Shown one piece after another: positions 16,665 through 31,010 of a DNA stretch of 64,000 nt. Position 1 is the first letter of the stretch, and each line of letters starts with the position of its first letter. This stretch comes from Eledone cirrhosa (taxonomy: Eukaryota). The position numbers and the translations under genes are program-made. Below the pieces are notes generated by a model that was given only the letters and a program-made list of their open reading frames with translations, was not told where the DNA came from and searched no databases. Where the stretch lies: contig OZ024748.1 in the NCBI GenBank assembly GCA_964016885.1, positions 57,908,001 to 57,972,000 on the forward strand, given 5' to 3'.

Positions 16665-17160
16665 ATCGAGCCCTCTTTGGATTTTAGTCTTCAAATTTAT
16701 TATTATTACTATATCTCTATATATATACATATATCTCTATATATATACATATATATATACATATATATATATATACACACATATATATATATATATACAC
16801 ACATATATATATATATACACATATATATCTATATGTGTATATATATATATGTGTGTGTATATATATATATATATGTGTATATATATATATATATGTATAT
16901 ATATATGTATATATATAGAGATATATGTATATATATAGAGATATAGTAATAATAATAAATTTGAAGACTAAAATCCAAAGAGGGCTCGATAAGGATAAAT
17001 ATATATCAGATATATAAGAACCGTAGAGCAAATATTTATTGAAATAACAGATTAAAGTTTAAGCAAATAATCGCTGCTTTCACCCTTAACGGGATCTCCC
17101 GTTAAGGCTGATAGCAGTGATTCTTTGCTTAAACTTAAATCTGTTATTTTATTAAATATA
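16665..17160. mobile_element. Double fold-back pLTR-like element
   Basis: Palindrome 16665-16990 (including an inverted microsatellite) and palindrome 17031-17160 centred on gggatctccc. Same family at 8138-8215, 27280-27340 and 34521-34655. Confidence 0.65.
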
Positions 17161-17174
17161 TATATATATAGGTG

Positions 17175-17248
<74 letters not shown>

Positions 17249-17347
17249 GATGTAATGAACATTTATATTTGTTGTATTTCCAACAAATTAAATATCCCTT
17301 CCACTTATATGTATATATTTAATATATATATATAACGTGTATTTATG

Positions 17348-17379
<32 letters not shown>

Positions 17380-17511
17380 TGTATGTATGTATATATATGT
17401 ATGTATGTATGTATGTATATATATACATAGATATCCATATACAAAATACAAGCACACATACTCACATATATATATTTATATATACATACATTTATATACA
17501 ACATAGAAATG

Positions 17512-17563
<52 letters not shown>

Positions 17564-17844
17564 GTGTATGTGTGCGTATACCTATACGGGAGTATAAATA
17601 CAATTTATACATATTTGCTGCACACTTGGAAAATATACAGTGGAGTAGGTTTTACTTCACCTGTCAAAGTTGTTAGGTTCCGAAATCAAAACAGCAATAA
17701 TGATTGTGATGGTGAACGTAATATTAGCAATAACAATAACAACAATTTTATTAATAATAATAATAATGATAATAATAATAATTTTAACATTATAAACATC
17801 AACAACATCATATACAATAATAATTATAATAAGTATAATATCAA

Positions 17845-18035
17845 TAATAATTGTTTCCATTTTAGGCACAAGGCCAGCAATTACCCAGTACATTACTGGT
17901 ACTTTATTTTATCGACCCCGTAAGGATGAAAGGCAAAGTTAACCTCGGCGGGATTTGAACTCAGATCATAAAGGGGCGTAACTCTATGCTACAAAGCATG
18001 GCGTCCGACTCTCTACCGATACTGCCAACCTACCG
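17845..18035 (-). mobile_element. tRNA-derived SINE, family A
   Basis: Full-length match to the other copies; (AAT)n tail expansion. Confidence 0.85.
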
Positions 18036-19475
18036 TACTGCTAATAACAATTATAACGTCGATAATCACGATACATTTCAATAGCAACCCACTTTCTTAT
18101 ACAGTGTATTCATAAATGATGAAATACTTTAGAGAACAAGACAACTAATAGAAGGGAGTTTCAAATGTTAAGAAGCATGATATTCATTGATGAAATATTA
18201 AAAGAAACAATAATTTTAGCTCACAAAATATACAAGATAGTACATATTTTTTCTTCATATTAAACTACTTTTCTGGATAATATTATTAAAAAAAAATAAT
18301 AATATTCCATAAAATCATACTAAAATATGTTGGTAAGTGTCAAATGTTTGTTTTTTTTTTTGTTTTTTTTTTAATATCCGCAATCAGAAAAGTACTTTCT
18401 CTTTCTGTATGATGGGCAGACACGAAGAAAATCTATTCCTGTGTTTGATTATCTTCAACATATACAGCACAATGTGATAGTTATTTAAGCAAGATTGACT
18501 AATGTATATGTATGTGTGTATGTATATACATATATATATATATATAGACATATATTTATACAGATATATACATTTATTTATATATACACATATATATATA
18601 TATATATATACATATATAGTTTTATATATATATATATATAGACATATATTTATACAGATATGGACATTTATTTATACATATATATATAAATATATATATG
18701 CATATATATATATATGTATATATATATGTATATATGCCCTGAATCTCTGACCACCTCTCCGCACACACAGACACACAACCCTCATCCGGCGTTGACCCTC
18801 TGACCACTTCCTGTTGCGCGCGCACCCCACGTCTCCCCTCTTCCGACCAACCCAACCACGGATTACACACATTGGATATCGCTCCCAAGAATCAACCACA
18901 TCCCAAGGACATTTCCCAGCATTCCACCACATCCTCTACGGAACTACCTTAGGGACCCACCCACTGACATACACTCAAACACATTTGTTTTCCTACACGC
19001 CACCTACATCCACAACACGTATAAACACCACACACACGTGCGTACCACCACATATTTACACACTCAGCCTCCGGAATCCTCTCCCCCCACCCCTCTGACA
19101 CCTCCCCATCCACACACGCATACACACACCGACCTACACCCCGCCCCACACACACCTTTTCCTGAACATGCAACCCCGTTCTTCCCCCAACTCTTACTTT
19201 CACATACACACACACACACACGTACACCTACACACACACATCACCTTCAGCCCTCCCCGCTCGGACACCCCGTCTCCCTCTCCCCACTCCACCTGCCACC
19301 ACCCCTACACGCCCACACCCTTCCACCACCTGTTTTACTTAATGTTTATTTTTATTTTTATTATGCTTTTATATTTAATTTCATTTGTACCGTTTCCTCT
19401 CACCCCCTTTTTTCTATATGTCTCTCCACCACTCCCCTACACACCCTTGGAACTCTCTTCCCACACACTTTTCAC

Positions 19476-19506
19476 CTGAAGAAAGGCTAATGCCCGAAAC
19501 ATCGTT
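19476..19506 (+). ncRNA. Hammerhead core, stem I not formed
   Basis: CTGAAGA-AA-GGC-taat-GCC-C-GAAAC-atc-GT-T; AATAAA at 19542-19547, then (TA)n. Confidence 0.5.
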
Positions 19507-19592
19507 TACCACCACCACCCCACTTTCAAGAGCGTGAAACTAATAAACCTTTATTCGTACTGCCTCTTCGTTTTGTTCCCGTTCAATTTTTT

Positions 19593-19645
<53 letters not shown>

Positions 19646-20390
19646 ATGGGTGCATTTTTGTGATTAAACGTACTGACAATTACTGTCGTTGGCTGTCAAT
19701 GTTTTAACACAGATATATTCGATTATATATTGATTCAATTCTCGTCTGTTTCAAAGGGTATTGAAAGCATCAAGATGGGCGACAACAAACATTTCACACT
19801 GGCGGCATTTGGAATCTGAACATTGTGGAAAGTAACTAAATACCGCACGACATTGTGTCTGATAATTTAATAATAATAAATATTATAATGTAATGATTAA
19901 CAATGATTAATAATTGGTGTTCGGTATCATATAGGCAAAAGGCCAAACACGTGGAAGGAAGGGTGTTGCTGCTTGAATACATATCACCAATTAGTAGTAC
20001 GTATTTATCGAACCTGGAATGATGGAAAGGAAATAGGAACTCCGGGGAATTTTAATATTCATTTTATTTATTATACAAGACATTGCTGTGATAGAAAGAA
20101 TAGTCAATGATATGAATAATAATTATAATACAATTCTTAATAATATAACAAGGATTTTAACGATTTTATGCATTGGCAACTATACAAATATGAAAAGCGG
20201 GGCTTTGTCAATATTTTGTAACTACAATATGAGTGATGTCCATTATATTACACCAAATGTAAATGCCCTTTTATTTGGAAAAAAAAATAAACACAATTTT
20301 GGGAGAATATAATACAAATAACAATGTGTACAAATATTTATTTTTACATAACACATGTCAAAACAAAACAATTATATATATATATATATA

Positions 20391-20794
20391 TATATATTGG
20401 TAAACGGAATAGAAAATGCTGACAAATTGTTCACGGTTGAAAAATGGTTTAATTAGGAATAAAAGAGTATTAGTGATTGTATGGGTTAGTATTCAGTTGT
20501 GGTTTTAAGTTTTTAAGTTTTTACCGGTTGCGCATTTCTAAATGCTTTTCAAAAATAATTTTGAGATAGAGTGTCCGTGCTGTTTGCTCTGATCAGAGCA
20601 AACAGCACGGACACTCTATCTCAAAATTATTTTTGAAAAGCATTTAGAAATGCGCAACCGGTAAAAACTTAAAAACTTAAAACCACAACTGAATACTAAC
20701 CCATACAATCACTAATACTCTTTTATTTCTAATTAAACCATTTTTCAACTGTGAACAATTTGTCAGCATTTTCTATTCCGTTTACCAATATATA
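20391..20794. repeat. 404-bp near-perfect palindrome with no spacer
   Basis: Centred on GATC at 20591-20594; 2 mismatches seen by eye; the left end abuts (TA)n. Confidence 0.9.
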
Positions 20795-21508
20795 ATAACT
20801 TGTGTGTTACACCTCTATTCTTTTAACTATATATATATATATATATACATATTAATACACTATATATTTACATATATATTATATAGATGTATATATAGAT
20901 ATATATGTATGTACACACACACATATATATATAGACACATATATATTAACAATCAGTATAACGAATATACTGAGTTTCCTCACTCTATAAACGTTGCTTT
21001 ACTATTGATGTATTATTTGCTCAACAGCGCACAAAAAATTGTATTTTTCAAGTAGCAATAATGTCCAGGTTTATATGGTTGATGTATATTGGGTAGAATC
21101 GATCTTATCAAGATATCAAGACATAAAATCAAATATAACTAAATAGTTAGTTGCTATTCAAAACTATCAACGTGAAACTTAATTGTATATTTTCTTCACT
21201 TACTGTTACTATACCATGTATTATTTTAAACATGTAGCTCGTACGATCGTCAGCATTATATCTATGTTATTTTATTAGTAGAATGAGACTCTGACATATA
21301 TGAGGTGGTTAAATTTGTCTCATTACACCACAGTTTACCTGCCTGCAAAAAACACAATTTCTGTGCAATATATAGTGTTAATTCATTTCACAATTATGTT
21401 ATATTATCATATATAACAACACCGCTCAGACTCTGTAAAGTATTTGAGATGATAATACCTGTAATATAATATTCAGATTTCCCTCACTGAATTATATTCA
21501 TTTGAGAA

Positions 21509-21544
<36 letters not shown>

Positions 21545-22814
21545 AATAAATATATATTGATGGAAAAGTATTAATACAATAATATATTTCATACACTCGC
21601 TTTTTTCAGCTACATAAGGACTAGATCTTGTTTGTCAATTAATTGAGCGATTAGAGAGTGCAATTTATAGCCTAGAAACAGTTCAATCTAAATCCATTCA
21701 TCTCATATATCTCTCCCCTTTTTTTCTCTCATCGTCGCTTCATTCTACTTACAATATTTCATTGACATCCGGTTTCACAAAGCGACATAAAATAAGTCAT
21801 CTATTAATCATACATTAATACAGTCATCAGATGTTGAAGAGTCATAGATCTATAAGATTCATTGCAACTATTATAGGACCCGCAATCTCTCATTAACTAG
21901 GCAATTACCAACAGAAATAACTATACTAATGTTTTAACGACAACGATAAAGACATCATGATTAGTATCGTAGCATATTTATTGAGTTGTATAGTCATAAT
22001 TGGGATAATTGTAATTAATAAGCAGGTTAGGGAGCAATATAATACCATTGTAGTTTGGCAGTATGAATTTTGATAATGATGAGGGGAATGAAAGCACCAG
22101 TAGTAATATAAAGAAAACAATGATATAATTAGATTTATTTGTAGAAGCTGAGATACATGTCCTTAGACACAACGTAAACACGCCAAGTATATAATATCTG
22201 CATTACAATTTGAATGTTTACACACAATATGTTTGTACAAAGTTGATACGAAACTGGAAAAGTAATGCTCCACCGAATAGACTTCACCTTATGATTGGCA
22301 TATATCAATACCTGAGTTTGAAAGATCTGGAGACTTTAAATCCAAAATTAAATTTATCGTGGAAAGAGAGGATGCATTTCATTTTCGTACAAATTTAGTT
22401 TTCTATCAGGGTTGCTGATTCTCGACAAAACCAGTTCTGTCATTTAAACGAGACGTCTATTCGAATAACTTGCCTTACATCTAATATTCGAATCTCAATT
22501 ATATGAATTATTATACAATTATGAACATCGTATAAAGGGTACAGAAATATTTCCATATTTTATCACACAGACGCACACGCATACATACAGGTATACATAC
22601 ACGCATACATACATTTATATGAAAAGTGATATATGTAAGGAGGTTAACACAATACTATATGAACCGTAAGGTGAAGGTAACTAACGTTTTCCTTGTCTTC
22701 CTCTTACCGCCCGTTTTTCCTTCTTACATATATCACTTTCCACAGTATATACTATACACAATGTGTTTATCTTTTTGTATTATTATAATTTTTTTTTGCC
22801 GGGTACGAATATAT

Positions 22815-22857
<43 letters not shown>

Positions 22858-23119
22858 TATATTACCATGATGTAATTTCCTCTGATAGACAGAAGGCATT
22901 TGGGTGTAGAAGCCTTGTGAGACGGGAAACTGTAAACACTTTCATTTATGTATCACTGTCTATTTTTATCTGCCACTATGAGTTAATATATGTTTAAAAA
23001 GAAAAGAGGACAAATTGTGATTAGCAACTCATAATAACCTCATGTTGTCTCTAAATCCAAATTTAACAAATGATACAAAAAACCAAATGTTTATATATAT
23101 ATACACACACACACATACA

Positions 23120-23181
<62 letters not shown>

Positions 23182-23187
23182 ATATAT

Positions 23188-23313
<126 letters not shown>

Positions 23314-23959
23314 AACTCTCACCATCTCGCTATTGTAATTATCATACGTAAATAAAATGTGTACTTTAAATATTAGAACATGAAAGAAGCAAATAATTTC
23401 TTCAAACGAAATTAACATCAATAAATACCAATAAAGAAAATCACAGGTGCAGGATTTAGGAATGTCCGCAATTATGACATTTGGGTAAGATTATTAATAC
23501 CATTTTAAAGCTCGGGATGATTGAAGCAAAATCCTCACATTGAATTGTGTGTTAAGATCCCTTTCACAAACCTTGGATTCATCTGCTTCATGGAAGCACT
23601 AACTTTCCCTGACCGTCGAATTACGATGCGGGATTTCGGCGCATATTAATATGTGTATATATATATATATATATATACAATGATATTAAATAAATGGAAA
23701 CTACATTTAAAAAAACGTATTTATTCTATTATATATATTTCAAGGATACCAAAAACTTTGGTGTGCTCTCATCAGATAAAATACAAAGTTTGTTTTATAA
23801 ATATTGTCGTAACCAGGAAAAAATACCTTAACGGTTCAAGTTTTTCCTTGGCTGTTTATATATATATATAAACAGTCGATCGACTTTCGTCAAATCGGAC
23901 GGAGGAAGCAATGTTTCCATTGGTCTTTCCAATTGCTAATACTATATATCAGTCGCAAC

Positions 23960-24080
23960 TCCAGGTAGAAGGAGCAGCGTAAAATAAAGTGTCTTGCTCA
24001 AGGACATAACGCATCACCAGGTCCGGCAATCGAACTCACAACCTCAGGATTGCGAGTCGAATTCTCCAACCAGTTAGCCG
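23960..24080 (-). mobile_element. tRNA-derived SINE, family B (CORE-like domain)
   Basis: Minus strand: ggctaactggtt...gagttcgattgcc...tgtccttgagcaagacactttatttt; related copy at 57035-57300. Confidence 0.65.
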
Positions 24081-24671
24081 AGAGATGGAATTCTTTGAGT
24101 AAAGCTTAGGAACTTTGTAAAGAAGGAGAACGATAAATATAGAGAATTGCTTTTATTAATCAATTCACAAAGTAAAACAGCAACACGATCAATGTTATTA
24201 TTATCATTATCATTATTATTATTATCGTTATTATTATTATTATTATTAGAATTATGATTATCAATCGCATGTTAGTTATATGTATATAGTGTATATAACT
24301 ATGGATATAATCTTTATAAATATCTTAGCTACATTGATAATATTTGGGGATGACTTACATGGCCATGTTAATTTATTTGATCAAAACTTAATTTCTTATT
24401 ACCAAACATATTACTAAGGTAAATGGAAAGGGGGTCATCAATTATGCAGCGTTTAAGGGAAAGAGCTCACTGGAAACAACAGAATGTTAGAAATAACTCC
24501 TTTTTAGATATTATTCCAGCATCTTATTATCTCTTGTGTATATTCAATAAGAAAACAAATTATTGTTTTAAGATGGACGCAGATCTATGAATATTTGAGA
24601 ATATTGGAATGATGTAAAGTAAGCTTTACATGATTTCTAATTACTTGGCATCATTAATATGTGTAGGTGGG

Positions 24672-24890
24672 GGCGGTGACTTGGCAGAATCAGTACCACG
24701 TCGGATACCATGCTTTGTAGGATAATGTTGCAACCATTTACGTTCTGAGTTCAAATCCCGGTGAGGTTAGCTTTGCCTTTCATCATTATCGGGCCGATAA
24801 AATAAGTACCAGTAATGCACCTGGGTCGATTTAATCCATTTTCCCAAGCCCTGATATTGCTGGCCTTGTGCCTAAATCAGAAACCATTAT
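24672..24890 (+). mobile_element. tRNA-derived SINE, family A
   Basis: ggcggtgacttggcagaatc...gagttcaaatccc...ctggccttgtgcctaaa. Confidence 0.8.
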
Positions 24891-25115
24891 TAATAGGTGA
24901 AGGGTAAATCGAAGTAAAGTCATCTAGACATGCATACATATATACACATATACTGATACACATTCTCAGACACACACGTACACATACACACACATATACA
25001 TACATATATATACATGCATATGCATATATACATACATACATATACATACATATGCATACATATACATATATATATACATATATATACACACATATATATA
25101 TATATATATAGATAT

Positions 25116-25148
<33 letters not shown>

Positions 25149-25325
25149 ACACTCTGCCGTGGTTTGGTGCACAGATGAATTGAAAGATTTCCGTGTTTTT
25201 GTTAGACGCTTGTTTTGTTTGTTCTTTCAAATATTTTATAGTTGACGAAAAGATACATATACGTAAGTATGTCGATATGTAATATTTCATAAGAAACTTA
25301 CACAACGACACATACATGCACACAA

Positions 25326-25416
<91 letters not shown>

Positions 25417-26501
25417 CGATTGTGTATAGATAGATATACACATCCATTTAAATACACACATATATAAACGCATATATATATATAAATGATATGTATATAT
25501 ATGTATATATATACATATATATTTATGTATATATATATATATGTATACATATATATTTATGTATATATATATATATATAAAATACGCACACATATATATA
25601 CACGTGTTTATCTATGTATTTAGAATGATATTATTGATTAATATATATTTACTCTCTTCCTCCTAGAGGAATTATCTTTTTAATTCATTTGAAATTTACC
25701 ATGGCTTCCATCCACTTAATCAATTTCGACTTTGTTCAAACTCAAATTATTTTATGTTTTATTGTCTGTAGAATAAGATGACACTGTATGTTTTATTTTT
25801 GTATTTGCTTTATTTCTACTGTGTCAAGAAATATCTTAACATGCAGGATGAACCTGTTATGTTTGAAGGAAAAATCAAATATATTTTAAAAAGAATAAAA
25901 TCTTGTTTTTTAATCGAAAATATTTTAAAAAAAGGTATAAATAAATATCACTTTTTTTAAATTTGGCAGCCTAAGCTCACTGAATTTCTTTAATATTTTA
26001 TTTTATATATATTTGTAGTGAGATGAGTTCAGCTTTTGCAGCTGTAATCTCACCAATTATGCAACACAATATTTAGTTAGTTATTTTTATGAGGGGAACA
26101 GAATGGAAATTTCTATTCTTTTGGGGATGATTTTCTTGGTAAGCTTAAACACACAATATGGTCCAATTGATTGCATGCTTTGATGGTAATAGAAAACGGT
26201 GTTTGTTTAAAGTATTTGCTCAGAATTTGACTTTATATGCAATCAAATGGAGCACATTACTGGATAAACAATTTTAGAATATATTTTCAACAAACTTATT
26301 CATAAAGATGATAAAATGAAACAAATATAGCGTAAATATACGATTAGTATTATATTAATTACAATTTATAAATTTCGGTCAAAAGTTTCATGTTATTTCA
26401 AGAATAACAAATCACAATTTTTATATAGTGTAGTCGATTACATTTAAATGTCTTTATAAAATAAATATGTACATATATAGTACGAATATACCAGACAGCC
26501 G

Positions 26502-26554
<53 letters not shown>

Positions 26555-27081
26555 CATACATACATATAATGATGTGTAGTATGCGTGTGTTGGTGTGTTT
26601 AATATTTCTTTTGAACTGCCGTTAAAGAAAATACTGATTTCTATGTATAATTTGTCTGTTTAATATACGGACTCAAAAAAATGTTTAGTTTATGACATAT
26701 TTGGAAGATTTTTTTAATCATAGTCTAGATACTGGAAAAGAAATGTGTTATGTAAATAGCCCTGGTTTCGGCCGTATCTAAGAAATCACATATATTACAT
26801 TAGAATATGTAAGAGGAAATTGTTATCAGTATCAAAGAATGCGACATATATTTCTGGTCACAACTACAATCTAGTCTCTTATTAGAGAAGTGAAATACTT
26901 TCATATATTCTGATACAACAAATAATCTTTCGTATTACGTTGAGGCTTGCGTCAATAACATGGAATATTTAACCACGGCTTTTTTTAATATTTACATGCA
27001 TACAATCATATACAATCGTATACACAAATATGCATCGCATTGGCTCTCCTTGACTACACATACGTTACTATGATCCATCTG

Positions 27082-27273
27082 CCTGAATTGTGCACATCTC
27101 TTAGACAAATTGGTAGAGTGTTGGACACCATGATTTATAGCATAGAGTTATGACCCTTTACATTGTGAGTTCAAATCCCACTGAGGTCAACTTTGCCTTT
27201 CATCCTTACTAATAAAGTACCAGTAATGCACTGTGATAATTGATGGCCTTGTGCCAAAAGTAGAAACAATTAT
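27082..27273 (+). mobile_element. tRNA-derived SINE, family A
   Basis: gagttcaaatccc...tttgcctttcatcct...ggccttgtgccaaaagtagaaacaatt. Confidence 0.75.
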
Positions 27274-27900
27274 TAGTGTAGATTAAATGTTTAAGAAAAC
27301 AATCACTGCTTTCACCCTAAAACGGGATCTTCTGAAAATAATAACCCGCCTTTGGATAGAAGGAGGCATTGTTTTTATAAACCTTAATTCTCTGCTAACA
27401 ACAAATTGTTGTTCCCTATTATATATGAGTTGGCAGAGATCCCTTCGTTATGGTTGTGAATTACTGTTAAGAGATCAACAAATATTATGGGTATTTGGGA
27501 ATTAAACATTTATTTTGCCAAAAGCTTTGAGCCAAAATATCTCTCGAGCATTCTCCCTTGTATGTCTACATATTCATAGGCTTCTGGAATTATCAAATCT
27601 CTTGTAAACAAGCAAATCTCTTATCAATCAAAACACCGTCATTCTCAACCTCCCTGATGTATATGTTTTCAAATAATCTGCCCTCTGACATGCTTGCAAT
27701 CGCCTTAATGTCCTGAACCTGAATGGGGTAGGTACTCTAGGATGTTCCCAGCCTCGGAGATTTCTTCACTGAGAATAACAAATACGGGAATAGAGCGGGA
27801 CGTCGGAGCTACAGATACTCCCCTCTCAGCCGTTTAAATTTATAGAAAAGCAATCTCTTGGTACTGAAGGATGTTTTGATCCTCATCATTTCTCCCTGTT

Positions 27901-28203
27901 GTGGAAAGCATTGTAAACTTAATTACACAAGTTTTCCGCAATTTCGGAATCAACCATTCAAACGAGGAGTGGCTGTGTGAAAGAGCATAATTTGCCCCCC
28001 AAAACATCTCAGTGAATGCTATCAATAAAAATCTCTCACCAATGATCGCTGGAGGTAGTCAGACCTATAAATATATAGACAAAGTTGTCGACGAAGGGGA
28101 AACTTTTCATTATCCCATTGAATTTCGCAACAGGCTGGAACCTTACGGTATGCAGTCACATTACCTTGAATTGAAGAAGGGCACAATCATCATGATACTA
28201 AGC
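27901..28203 (+). pseudogene. Helitron RepHel Pif1-family helicase fragment (decayed)
   Basis: In frame: QVFRNFGINHSNEEWLCERA*FAPQNISVNAINK...YKYIDKVVDEGETFHYPIEFRNRLEPYGMQSHYLELKKGTIIMIL, the WL.ERAILAP.N / YP.EFLN.L...G.P.H.L.LK.G motif. One stop at 27988; cut off by (TA)n. Confidence 0.85.
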
Positions 28204-28264
<61 letters not shown>

Positions 28265-28840
28265 TATATGCTAATTTAGAGAATCATAACATACATATCT
28301 ACGATGAACATTTCCCAGCAGAAAAGCTGAATGGACTATTGTTCAGAGCATTAATATTTCATACTAAAACAATATATGTATTAGAGAATCACAGCATTTT
28401 GTATGAACTTTAATTATAAAGTGACCTTTTCAGATTTACCTTCTATACCTTCCTTCTATTCTCTCCATCAGACAATCATCTTGTGTTATACTTCAAGGTA
28501 TCCCCTTCATTATAACATGATTTATGTAGATCGGTGGCTAATATGAACATAATTTATGTTATTTTTAAAGAAGTTATATGTAACAGAGCTCCAAATTGCT
28601 GTGCATATCTTCACATTCAAGAACGTAACTCGTGCATGTCAAAGATCAACATTTATGAGCCGGTAGCTTCTTAGAGTCATATCCATTAAAGTATCTATTA
28701 CCGACTGCCAGTAATAATCCAGATATGAAACATTCAGTGACCATGTATTAGGACTAAACTAAACGAATACATTTTTACGATTAAATTCCTATTCCTGCAC
28801 TATATGTTGATTGATTCAACCTCTTTAACATATGTATGTG

Positions 28841-28889
<49 letters not shown>

Positions 28890-29087
28890 CTTACACATCC
28901 ATACATACCCACCAATTGTCAATCCAGCTAGTGGCAAAAATACCATCGGATAATCGTCCAGTCATCGAAAGTATTCGAACAAAATCATTATTATTTTAAA
29001 ACATATTTTAGTAATAAAGAAAGCGACTTTCATTAGAAATATGGTCTCGTAATTTTTGAATTGTTCATATTTATATAACAACATTCT

Positions 29088-29276
29088 ATAATTGTTTCTA
29101 CTTTAGGCACAAGGCCAGCAATTACCCAGTACATTACTGGTACTTTATTTTATCGACCCCGTAAGGATGAAAGGCAAAGTCAACCTCGGCGGGATTTGAA
29201 CTCAGATCGTAAAGGGACGTAACTATGCTGGAAAGCATGGCGTCCGACCCTCTACCGATACTGCCAATCCACGCCC
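29088..29276 (-). mobile_element. tRNA-derived SINE, family A, with TSD
   Basis: Full length; acaacattctataat duplicated at 29078-29092 and 29280-29294. Confidence 0.88.
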
Positions 29277-30473
29277 TATACAACATTCTATAATAATGAT
29301 ATTTTAGAACTTTTGTTAAGTTATAAACTAGACACCAGCTTAGTAATAAGACATCTATTATTATATGACTCCAAGTTGTTGATTAATTTCAAAACATGCA
29401 AAGGAATCATAGGCAGTTTTCATTAAACATATGGTAATGAAATATTTAACCCAAAGTAAGTGTAAAATATATGGAAATCTATTAGAACATTTGCGAAATA
29501 CCGCTTAGTAAATATATCAAACATTAATCACACTTTTTTTCTCTTTCTATGTACTATTTACACTTCACGAGCCTTTAATTCACATATTTGAGTTAAAATG
29601 TGTCTGGATTTATTTTATTTTTCCCGTACCCTTCAGGTGGCATGTATCAGAATCGTTAGAACGTTAGCTATAATGTTGCGTAATACTTTATCAAGCATTT
29701 TGCACTCGTAGTTCAGGTCTCGAATAGGATAAGTTTGTTTTTCACCTGTTTCATTTCGATAAGTAAAAAACCGCTCCAGGAATTGGATCGATTCTCCGGT
29801 TACATCACCCAAATCCTGCTTCTAATTCCGAGAAGAAATTGGGTGTGTTGTAGCCGAGAGGAAATAGTACTCCACATGGTTTAAAAGCCCAAGAAATGAC
29901 AGCACCTTTAAGACTCTATAATGATCTAAGGGCACATGAATTAATGGGCTTTGTGTTCACGACAGAATATATAAATAGTATTCAAAATTCAAACTTAGTA
30001 ACATTTTATTTTCATCTAAAATGGTTTACGAAGTTTACATTTGAACTTGTTAAAAGTTTGTGTAAGTCTTAATTAAGCTGCATATATATTTCATACGTGG
30101 TTTTCAAAATGTCCAAATGAGAATTTATATAATAATAATAATAATAATAATAAATTATTACTATTACCATTGTCATCTTCATCTCCGTATTTATTACAAT
30201 ATTTTGTATTATTTTTAATATTTTGCTTTATTTTCAAGAAGCTTTATTTCCCGTTCATCTCACTTTATACTCAGCTGTATAAGATATGTACCCGTATATA
30301 CTGGCCCGATAACATCTTTAGCAATATTTCCGTACAATTTGGTAATTCGACCCTATATTAGGATATAGCACCATCGTTAACACGATCTTTATTATCATCA
30401 TCACGATCCTCATCATGATGATTATAACTAACATTGTCGTAGTTAACATATCCCTTGCCACACTCCAATCTTC

Positions 30474-30508
<35 letters not shown>

Positions 30509-30784
30509 CACCATCATCAACTGCAGCAGCAGCATCACTGACATCATCCTTATTATCAATTATAATTGTTAGTAAATATGCTTAATATATATACATATGT
30601 TTGACAGCTCCATGAAGGAGATCATGGAAAACTTCTTTCATATGGAACTTGAATATCATATGGAAAATCTTTTCCATTAGGTTTCTGATGAGAATCAAAT
30701 TGCAGAGGTCTCTGGTGACTTCGATCCTTTTGTATGGATAAGGGTAATTAACACTTTTATCCGAGAGTGAACAACACATTTATG

Positions 30785-31010
30785 TGTTCGGGAAGAGGCG
30801 CTTCAGGAGTCTGCTGCACATTCCGAATACAAAGCAAATCAGTCAGTTTTGTCAGGCAGCAGGTCAGCTAATATGCTGTCCGGCAAAAACCACTGCTTGC
30901 GACAGTAAACAAGATGGAAGCTCGCCTCGAAAGCTCTCGTATCCCACCAAGACTCCCATTCCAACACCATTCTGCAGAGTACAGTTGACGGACACAAACA
31001 AGAAGGATAT
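30785..31010 (+). pseudogene. Highly decayed RTE-like LINE ORF fragment
   Basis: Across frames: FGKRRFRSLLHI, KPLLATV and DSHSNTILQSTVDG, matching the RTE post-RT region (PLLATVKRRK...KTILQGTVEG). Confidence 0.55.

Noticed and set aside
17564-17923. Asn-rich 119-aa ORF
   Set aside because: (AAT)n SINE tail read in frame.
18814-19490. Pro/His/Thr-rich ORFs as a Penelope GIY-YIG or RT fragment
   Set aside because: No GIY-YIG or RT motif; composition reflects C/A skew.
22860-22995. ctgataga...aaggc/gcctt...gaaactgta near TA as a hammerhead
   Set aside because: Core spacing is wrong and stems I/III cannot be drawn.
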